64,000 nucleotides of DNA from a virus. Numbering within the stretch: position 1 is the stretch's first letter; every line of letters starts with the position of its first letter. The position numbers were made by a program, and so were the translations under genes. The notes beneath the pieces were generated by a model, which was given only the letters and a program-made list of their open reading frames with translations, made no database searches and was not told the origin of the DNA. The stretch lies in the IMG/VR virus record IMGVR_UViG_3300008119_000006; one strand, given 5' to 3'. Positions 55,974 to 64,000 of this stretch are shown piece after piece.

Positions 55974-56657
55974 ATGAAACCAAATCTTGGAACTGCCGAA
56001 AATCCACCTTTTAGTCCTTATACAGGAATATTCAATACTGCTGGACAACCTACCACTCCCGCCCTCGGTATAGGGCAGGTTGCCAATACTGCTATTAGCT
56101 TTACCAATAGTACATTATCACACAATTGTGATTTTAGTTTGGATATTATTAAAAATAATGCATTAAAAAGATTTTTAAATTCTCAAGCAATTAATATTAG
56201 AAATGCGATTCGTGACGTAATGAGAGCGTTAGGTTTTTCTGATGCAACAGGAGAAAGTCAATGGTTGTATAATAAACTTAAATCAATCACTAAAGAGTTA
56301 AAGTATATACAAAAAAATATAATACAACCTATTCTTGATTTTGAAGCTCTTGTTGTTCAATATATTAAAAAAATACAAGACATGATTGCTTATATTTTAA
56401 GTTTGCCTGGAAGATTGTTAGCTATGTTACAGGATTGTTTAAAAAATCTTTATGCTGCAGTAGGTAATGCTCTAACTGATATTACTGGTGGTGCAAGTGG
56501 TGGGTTTGGTGATGAACTTAAAGCTGCCAAAGAGGCCGCACAAACATTTAATCAGACCGTTTCTATGGCTGCCACAGCGGCCGCTGGTGCCGTAGCAATT
56601 TCTAGTGCAGTTACTCAATTACCCAATGTTGCAACGCAGTTTAAAAAAGGTATATAA
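55974..56657 (+). CDS. hypothetical helical baseplate-region protein
   Basis: Between the gp5 N- and C-modules. Confidence 0.6.
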   Translation: MKPNLGTAENPPFSPYTGIFNTAGQPTTPALGIGQVANTAISFTNSTLSHNCDFSLDIIKNNALKRFLNSQAINIRNAIRDVMRALGFSDATGESQWLYNKLKSITKELKYIQKNIIQPILDFEALVVQYIKKIQDMIAYILSLPGRLLAMLQDCLKNLYAAVGNALTDITGGASGGFGDELKAAKEAAQTFNQTVSMAATAAAGAVAISSAVTQLPNVATQFKKGI

Positions 56658-57427
56658 TGGATAATCCGTCATCTGTTTTATGGACACAACCTGAATCAGC
56701 AGCTAATGCAGACACTCAGCCAGAATATCCATATAACAATATACAACAAAGTGAATCTGGTCATTCGTTTGAGATGGATGACACACCAACCCGTGAGAGG
56801 GTTCGTTTATCTCATCGTTCAGGCACTTTTATTGAAATGCAGCCTAATGGCGATGAGGTACACAAAGTATATGGTACTGGTTATGAAATTACGGTTAAAG
56901 GTAAAAATGTAGAAATTAATGGTACTTGTAACATTACCATTAATGGCGATTCAAACATCCATGTTTTAGGTAATAAGAGTGAAAAGATTGATGGCAACTA
57001 TAATCTTCAAGTGGTGGGTGACATGGTTGCCAGAGCTGCAGGAACCAATGGTATGCAGTTAATCTCGGATAACGATATGAGTATTCAATCTTCTTCAAGT
57101 TCGACTGGTGCGATGTACCTGTCTGCTGGAGACCATATATACATAGCGTCAGACTTGGAAGTTGGAGGTTCAGTTTCGGCTGACGTTGTTTCTGCCGAAT
57201 CCAGAGTTAATGCTGGTGTGGGAGTATATGCTGGTATTAATGGAATGTATTCTCAAGGCCCAATAACTTCTTTGGTATTGGTACAATCACCACTTGGTGA
57301 ATTTGGTATTATGGAGGCCACTTTGATGACTGATACTATTAATAGTAACATCTATAATACTCATGTGCATATTGGTAATAGAGGATTTCCAACCAGTAAA
57401 CCTTTGACCGGTTTCTTCGGAGTTTAA
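56657..57427 (+). CDS. gp5 C-terminal beta-helix/spike module
   Basis: YPYN....SESGH.FE.DDTP..ER....HRSGTF.E; V.G repeats; C-terminal HVH. Confidence 0.82.
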   Translation: MDNPSSVLWTQPESAANADTQPEYPYNNIQQSESGHSFEMDDTPTRERVRLSHRSGTFIEMQPNGDEVHKVYGTGYEITVKGKNVEINGTCNITINGDSNIHVLGNKSEKIDGNYNLQVVGDMVARAAGTNGMQLISDNDMSIQSSSSSTGAMYLSAGDHIYIASDLEVGGSVSADVVSAESRVNAGVGVYAGINGMYSQGPITSLVLVQSPLGEFGIMEATLMTDTINSNIYNTHVHIGNRGFPTSKPLTGFFGV

Positions 57428-57429
57428 TT

Positions 57430-58245
57430 ATGTCAACAGTTAATAATGCAACAGGGGTATATGCAACACTAGGTTATAGTTTTAGTGACCCGAATGGTTA
57501 TGTGGAACCACTTTCAACTGATGCTGTTAATCATTTAGAAAAGCAACCTGCTTTTATTCAAACATGGCAAGCACAAGATATTGCAAATAATGCTGTGAGT
57601 GGTTATTTTCAAAATCCTGTATTAACTTATGTAAATACAATTCTTACAACCGCCAATACAATTGCGGCCAATATTGCTGTGTCCAATTGTGCGGCTTTAG
57701 CAACTGCGCAAACGGCGTGTAGAACTTTGTCTACGACATCGGTAGCTTTTAATGCTCACACTAATAGATTGTCTGGAATAACTCCGTTTAATGGTGAAGA
57801 TGTAACCAACCCCTATTATGAAACAGCAATTTCTTTTGGAAAAACAGCACTATATATCACCAATCAAACGGATAACATAACCAATACATCACCTATCTTG
57901 GGTAGTTTTGGTAGTATTTTGATTGGACCGCAAATTAGTAATCAATCCAACACAATTTACCCATACATTGCTTTGATTGCCAATAGTATTAGTGGTGATC
58001 CTGAGGTTGGTCAAAACACATCATTAACAGCGGCACAAATTAACCAGATTGTATCGGACATATCAAATACCAACACTTTACTGTCATCTCAGAGAAGTGC
58101 AGACGTAGCATTTTATGGTAACTTAAAAACATTTTCCGACAAGTATAACACAGTAAGACAATTTTCAAGTATGGGCGAAACTCAAACTTATCTGTGTAAC
58201 AACTTTATTGGCACCGACAAGTTAATTACACGAATTAATTCATAG
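57430..58245 (+). CDS. hypothetical virion protein
   Basis: N/T/S/A-rich, in the baseplate operon. Confidence 0.55.
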   Translation: MSTVNNATGVYATLGYSFSDPNGYVEPLSTDAVNHLEKQPAFIQTWQAQDIANNAVSGYFQNPVLTYVNTILTTANTIAANIAVSNCAALATAQTACRTLSTTSVAFNAHTNRLSGITPFNGEDVTNPYYETAISFGKTALYITNQTDNITNTSPILGSFGSILIGPQISNQSNTIYPYIALIANSISGDPEVGQNTSLTAAQINQIVSDISNTNTLLSSQRSADVAFYGNLKTFSDKYNTVRQFSSMGETQTYLCNNFIGTDKLITRINS

Positions 58246-58264
58246 GAAGCATCATAAATAATAA

Positions 58265-58657
58265 ATGGCAACACTAACCAATCTTTATTCCGATTTAGAC
58301 TTCACATTTAACCTTGTTCCTGGTTCGAAAGATGTTGCTCGAAGCTTTGATGACCAAGCGGTTATTCGTTCGGTTCGTAATCTTTTATTGACCAATTTCT
58401 ATGAAAGACCGTTTCAACCAGATATTGGTGGAAATATCGACAAACTTTTATTTGAACCGGCCACCACTTTGACGGCCAGTTTAATTAAAACCGAAATTGA
58501 AAATGTTATAACAAATTATGAACCTAGAGTACAAATAGAAGATATTACGGTTACCGGTAATATTGATGAAAACTCATTTACGATTAATCTAACATTTTAC
58601 ATAGGAAATAATACCTTGCCAACATCGGTAAATATACTTCTTGAAAGGTCCAGATAA
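58265..58657 (+). CDS. gp25: baseplate wedge gp25
   Basis: YSDLD..F, AV..SVRNL.LT..YERPF.P, NYEPRV. Confidence 0.92.
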   Translation: MATLTNLYSDLDFTFNLVPGSKDVARSFDDQAVIRSVRNLLLTNFYERPFQPDIGGNIDKLLFEPATTLTASLIKTEIENVITNYEPRVQIEDITVTGNIDENSFTINLTFYIGNNTLPTSVNILLERSR

Positions 58658-60732
58658 TGGCATCTTCAAACAACAATATACAATTAACTGAATTAGATTT
58701 CAGTAATATCAAAAACAATTTTATTGCTTATTTGCAATCACAAGATGCCTTTAAAGATTATAACTTTCAAGGTTCTGCCATGTCTGTTCTTTTGGACATT
58801 TTGGCATATAATACACAATACAATGCTTATTATTTAAACATGGTAGCCAACGAGATGTTTTTGGATTCTGCCTTACAAAGAAGCTCGGTTGTTTCCCATG
58901 CAAAATTATTAAACTACACTCCAAAATCTTCTATTGCACCAACAGCATATATCAATGTTGCGTTTACTGGTGTTACATCTAGTTCTTTTACTTTGCCACG
59001 TTATAGTAATTTTATATCCGAATCAGTACAAGGCGTAAATTATAATTTTGTTTCTACTGACGCAACGACTGTTGCAACTTCTGGTGGTACTGCCAATTTT
59101 ACCAATTTACAAATTAAACAAGGCATTCCAGCAGCATACACCTATACAGTCGATTCAACAATCAATCCAAAATATGTTTTTGAAATTCCTGATTCAAAAA
59201 TTGATACAACATCAATTCAAGTTACTGTACAAGAAAATTCATCAAATAACTCTTATACAACTTATCAACCTGCCGGTAGTTTTTTAACTTTAACACCAAC
59301 TGACCAAGTATACTTCTTGCAAGAATCACTAAATGGCAATTATCAAATTAGTTTTGGTGATGGTGTATTGGGTTATGAATTACAAGACGGAAATATTGTT
59401 GTGGTGACCTACATTTCAACTGATGGTACGTTGGCTACAGGTGCGAATAGTTTTGTTTTGATGGATAATATTGGAGGATTTACAAGTTCTTCTGTAACAG
59501 GAGTTATTCCTGCATCGCAAGGTGGCGACAAAGAGTCCATCGATTCAATTAAATTTCAAGCACCTAAAGCTTATGCAGCACAAAATCGTGCGGTAACTAA
59601 AGAAGATTATATTACTGCTATTCAGCAAAACAATTTAGGTTTTGCTTTTGATTCTGTTTCTGTATGGGGCGGACAAGAAAATGAATCGCCAGTTTTTGGC
59701 CAAGTGTTTATCTCCATGAAGCCAGAAGGTTCTTTTCTTTTAAATGATGCCCAAAAACAAAGCATTATTACTAATATTATAGACCCAATTAGTGTATTAA
59801 CAGTAACTCCTACTATTGTAGATCCAGATTTTACTTTTATAAATGTTTCTGTTAATGTTATTTACAATCCAAATAAAACAACAAAAACAGCGTTACAAAT
59901 AGAAAATGGTGTAAAAGCAGCAATTGTAGCTTTTGCAAATACTTCCTTAAATACTTTTAATTCAACATTTAATGGATACGATTTATTGAATGCTGTTCAA
60001 AGTTATGACCCTTCAATTGTTAATAGTGAATATTCTTTAAAATTACAAAAAAGAATACTTCCGAGTTTAACCGATTCATCAACATATAATTTATACTATA
60101 ATACTCCATTGCAAAAAGGTGTTTTATTAAGCGGCGTTTCTAGTTCTCCTGGTCTACAATTTGTTAATCCAGCAAACACAGAAAACATTATTGATGGCGT
60201 ATTTTATGAAGAAGTGCCAGCAACAACCTATGGTGTTGATACTATATCTGTATTGAATCCAGGATATGGTTATCAATCTGCACCAATTATTACTATTTTA
60301 GGTGATGGACAAGGTGCAACGGCTCATGCGGAAATTGCTGGCGGAACAATACAAAAAATTGTTGTAGATACTTCAGGTAACAATTATACTACTGCTATTG
60401 CAACAATCACTCCAGTCAACGGCGACACAACAGGTCAATTAGGTGCAGTTGTTGTTAACCTACAAGGACGTTTTGGTACATTAAGAACATATTATAATAA
60501 TGTCACAAATGTTAAAACTGTACTTAATAATAATGCAGGAACAATTGATTATTCAAAAGGTATTATTTCGTTAGTATCTCTTGCGCCAGTTGATGTTAAC
60601 AATGATTTAGGTGAACTTTCTGTTGATGCGACACCAGTATCGTCTTTAATATCTTCTTCGTACAATACCATTTTAACATTGGATAGCAGTAGTCCTACAG
60701 CAATTACCGTAAATGTTATTGCTCAAAGTTAA
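58657..60732 (+). CDS. gp6: baseplate wedge gp6
   Basis: LDF..IK, FKDYNF.GS, LAYNT.YN, EMFLDSA..RSSVVS.AK, FGDG..G, QNRAVT..DY. Confidence 0.92.
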   Translation: MASSNNNIQLTELDFSNIKNNFIAYLQSQDAFKDYNFQGSAMSVLLDILAYNTQYNAYYLNMVANEMFLDSALQRSSVVSHAKLLNYTPKSSIAPTAYINVAFTGVTSSSFTLPRYSNFISESVQGVNYNFVSTDATTVATSGGTANFTNLQIKQGIPAAYTYTVDSTINPKYVFEIPDSKIDTTSIQVTVQENSSNNSYTTYQPAGSFLTLTPTDQVYFLQESLNGNYQISFGDGVLGYELQDGNIVVVTYISTDGTLATGANSFVLMDNIGGFTSSSVTGVIPASQGGDKESIDSIKFQAPKAYAAQNRAVTKEDYITAIQQNNLGFAFDSVSVWGGQENESPVFGQVFISMKPEGSFLLNDAQKQSIITNIIDPISVLTVTPTIVDPDFTFINVSVNVIYNPNKTTKTALQIENGVKAAIVAFANTSLNTFNSTFNGYDLLNAVQSYDPSIVNSEYSLKLQKRILPSLTDSSTYNLYYNTPLQKGVLLSGVSSSPGLQFVNPANTENIIDGVFYEEVPATTYGVDTISVLNPGYGYQSAPIITILGDGQGATAHAEIAGGTIQKIVVDTSGNNYTTAIATITPVNGDTTGQLGAVVVNLQGRFGTLRTYYNNVTNVKTVLNNNAGTIDYSKGIISLVSLAPVDVNNDLGELSVDATPVSSLISSSYNTILTLDSSSPTAITVNVIAQS

Positions 60733-60735
60733 TAA

Positions 60736-63418
60736 ATGATTCCAAATAATCAAAAAACATCTTTATTAATACCTCAACAATTACCCGCATTTATTCGGGA
60801 AGATTCGTCATACGCCAACTTTCTTGCTTTCTTAGAAGCATACTATGAATGGTTGGAACAAACCAATAATGTTACAGACCGTTCAAAAAATATATTAAAT
60901 TATGCTGATATTGATAACACAACAGAAGAATTTATTAATTATTTTACTGAAGAATATCTTTCATATTTTCCTCAAGAAATACTTGCAAATAAACCTGCAG
61001 TTATTAAAATAGCAAAACAGTTATACCAATCAAAAGGAACTACTGCATCATACAAATTTCTTTTTAGAATTCTTTTTAATTCTGATGTTGATTTCTTTTT
61101 CACAAAAGACGCTGTATTAAAAGCATCTTCTGGTGTTTGGTATGTGGCTAAAAATCTTAATGTTGATACCTCAGACCAAAACTGGTTATTACTTAATAAT
61201 TTACCGTCAGGCAGTCTAAGGGTGTTTGGAGAAACAACCAAATCATTTGCAACAATTGAAAATGTAATATTTACTGGCACAAAAATGCAAGTTTATATTT
61301 CTAATCCAGTAAGACAATTTAGTTCTGGTGAATTTGTTCGTGTTGTAGATTCAAATAATAAAGATTATATTATTAATATAAATGGGGCAAATTACATACT
61401 TAGAGGTCCAATTGTTGGCCAAGTTAACCAAATAATTATTGATCCAAACAACCAAGGATTATTATATCAACCTGGAGATCCTTTAGTTTTTTATGGCGGG
61501 TTAGATCCAGGATCAACTGATAGTGCTGCAGCAGAAGTTGCTACAACATCAAAAGGTTCATTTGCTTCTATCGGTCTTGTTAACGGTGGTTATGGTTACA
61601 GATTTAGTCCTAATACAGTAATTACCGTAAATGCAGATGCTCAAGTATTACCTAATGCAGTAGTTGGAACTGTTAATGCGGATCCAAGCCAACAAGCAAA
61701 TGTATATTTTGTGCCAACAGATATTATTGCTACTGTAGCTAATTCATATATTGGAAATACTGCGGCAGGTTTTGGACCTCCACCATTAGGAAATAGTGTT
61801 TATAATTTTTCTATTAATCAAAGTGCTAACGCAAATACAACTCTAGCTAATGCATTTAGCTTTATAGAATTTACCACTTTTCCTATATCTTCGGTTTTAT
61901 TAACATCTTCAGGTACAGGAATTTCAACTGTAAGAGAAATTTTTGCTTCGTCATATTATCCAGTTCAAAGTGGCGGCCAAGGAAATTTGGCCAATTTAGG
62001 TATTCTTGCACCTATTCAAATTCAAAGTGGTGGCCAAGGGTATCGTGCAAATGACCAAATTGTATTTACTGGTGGATCCGGTTACGGAGCTCTTGCAAAC
62101 GTAGCTTCAGTTAATATTGCAAACGGAAATACAATCAGTTACTATTACGGATCCTGGACAAGATTATAGTTCAACACCAAATATTTCATTGGCGGTACAA
62201 GACCTTTCAGTAGTTGTACCATCTACATTATTTTTACCAAATAAAGGTGATATTTTATTTCAAGGATCCAGTTTTGCGGCCGCTACTTATACGGCAACAG
62301 TAGATTCTTATTCCATTTTGTCCTTTAGTGGTAATTCTTCTCAAATAATTTACAATGTTCGAGTTTATAATTACTCGTCTAAACCAATTTATGATTTGCC
62401 TTTAAAATTAAATTCAAACAATCAACAATTTATAACACTAACAAATTCATATAATACAATTAATACTGCTAGTAGATATGATTCTGGTGGTGTTTTAACA
62501 TACGGTGATGGTACTGCTAAAGCTACCGCAGTTTTTGTAAACGGTTTAAATAGTAGTTCTGGCCAATATTTAAATACTCAAGGTCAACCAAGCGGATTTT
62601 CAGTTTTACAAAATCAAGAATATAATAATTTTACTTACCAACTTACGTCAGGTGTAGAAATTGCCAAGTATCGTAAAGTACTATTGGATTTATTACATCC
62701 AACAGGTTTAAAAGTTCTTGGAAGATATACAATTGAATCGTTGGCCGAAACTGATTTTTCAACTTCTACTGGTTTTCATTCAGGATTCCCGTTGGCCTAT
62801 TATACTGGTGCGCCATCGTTTGCCACAATGGTTGCAAACACTAGCTACCCAAGTACCAATACCGTTGCTTTCACCTTTTTATATGGTGCAAACTTACAAC
62901 AAATTCTGGCAGTTGGCAACGAACTTTTAATGACCACCGCCAACGGTTTTGCAATTCAGTCTGAAATTGAATCGGTTAATGTGAGTTCTAATACAGTTAC
63001 TTTGGTGGATCATTCTTGGTTATCATTTGCGAATGTTGCTTATGTAACCGCAAATGCTGGAAGTAATCGAATAAATATATCATCATTGACTGGTTCTTAC
63101 AATATTGTAAATAATGGTACTTATAGTAATCCGACACAACCATTAAGGGATATTGTATTTACTGGTGATACTGTTGTAATTTCAAACAATTCAGTTAGAA
63201 CAGTATCCAATGTTGATTACCAGAATAATGTTGTTTATTTGACCAGTAATTTGTCGGCATACGCAAATTCTGGTTCGTTAATGACGGTCAATCGAACATT
63301 TGTTACAAGTAATGTCTATGATTTTGGTGCAGTAGGAGTTCAATATTTCCCTGTAATTACTACTGACGATGGAAATATAATTATAACGGAGAATGGTTTA
63401 GAAATTCTATTAGGTTAA
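60736..63418 (+). CDS. baseplate wedge gp7-like protein, split by a frameshift near 62125-62130
   Basis: QLP.FIRE, FLEAYYEWLE, Y.SKGT..S..FLFR.LF; second part YNNFTY...HPTG. Confidence 0.7.
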
Positions 63419-63422
63419 AAAA

Positions 63423-64000
63423 ATGTCAACAATAAAAATATCGCAATTACCTCTGGTAACAACTTTTACCGCAAATACTCAAAATACCGTTTTTGTGGGT
63501 GTAGATTTGGACGCAGACTTGACAGGTCAATTTACTGCTCAGGCAATTGCTAGAAACTTATATTTAAATAATACTCTTATTGTTGGAAATAATGTTGTAC
63601 AATTTGATAATGTTATAGGCCAATTTTCAGGTAGTAGTCCAACATATTTACAAATCAATAATCAAAACTTTAATGCCAATGGTTCAGCAGATTATGTAGC
63701 ATCTACTAGCGATTCTGACAACACCTTTGGTTTTGTTGACATGGGTATCGAAAGTGCAAGTTATAACGGTGTTGCTGCTGGTTATCCAGCATTTAAACCA
63801 TATGATGGTTACCTTTACATGGTGGGTAAAACAACTACTAGTCCAACAGGTAATTTGATTATTGGTACACAAAATAAAGCAAATACTGTATTCATTAATG
63901 GCGGTGTTACTAATCAAGACATTGTTGCTTTAATGACTGCCAACGGATTGGTATTAAACACTCAATCCTACATTACTTTTGCTGATGGTACAAGACAAAT
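63423..64000 (+). CDS. tail fibre-like virion protein (3' partial)
   Basis: MSTIKISQLP..., open to the window end, G/N/T-rich. Confidence 0.6.
   Translation, partial: MSTIKISQLPLVTTFTANTQNTVFVGVDLDADLTGQFTAQAIARNLYLNNTLIVGNNVVQFDNVIGQFSGSSPTYLQINNQNFNANGSADYVASTSDSDNTFGFVDMGIESASYNGVAAGYPAFKPYDGYLYMVGKTTTSPTGNLIIGTQNKANTVFINGGVTNQDIVALMTANGLVLNTQSYITFADGTRQ

Noticed and set aside
1-64000. Alternative genetic code / stop-codon reassignment
   Set aside because: Core genes translate full-length in code 11, the breaks are frame changes rather than in-frame stops, and no suppressor tRNA was seen

Overview
A 64-kb segment of a large, AT-rich T4-like (Tevenvirinae-type) myophage genome. The host is probably a Proteobacterium, inferred from the spanins, the IscU/ErpA-like genes and the tmRNA tag ANDNKYALAA. 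Left to right it holds: a lysis cassette (spanins, GH19 endolysin, holin); replication and nucleotide genes (primase gp61, nrdA-iscU-iscA-nrdB, RNase H); and a long early/accessory region with many small ORFs, sigma70-type promoters, two tRNAs and an AAA+/VWA pair. Then come a RiPP-like modification cluster, a Cas4-like exonuclease, a permuted two-piece tmRNA, gp33/gp59/gp32, and the baseplate/tail module (gp26/51, gp54, gp2, gp4, gp48, gp53, gp27-like, split gp5, gp25, gp6, gp7-like). The most striking element is at 36.3-42.3 kb. A 160-aa protein with 23 Cys (16 in Asn-Cys dipeptides) and a C-terminal CACACW-I-CACACW lies next to a radical SAM/SPASM enzyme, a flavin-dependent Trp halogenase and three 2OG-Fe(II) oxygenases. 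This is a candidate phage-encoded system for heavy post-translational modification, possibly of a virion protein. Other notable signals are a putative -1 frameshift joining gp26 to gp51, a 7-copy TGTTG-N8-CAACA palindrome at early promoters, three covarying bulged-G hairpins, and apparent internal deletions in three essential genes. All calls come from motif reading and recall; no database searches were run.
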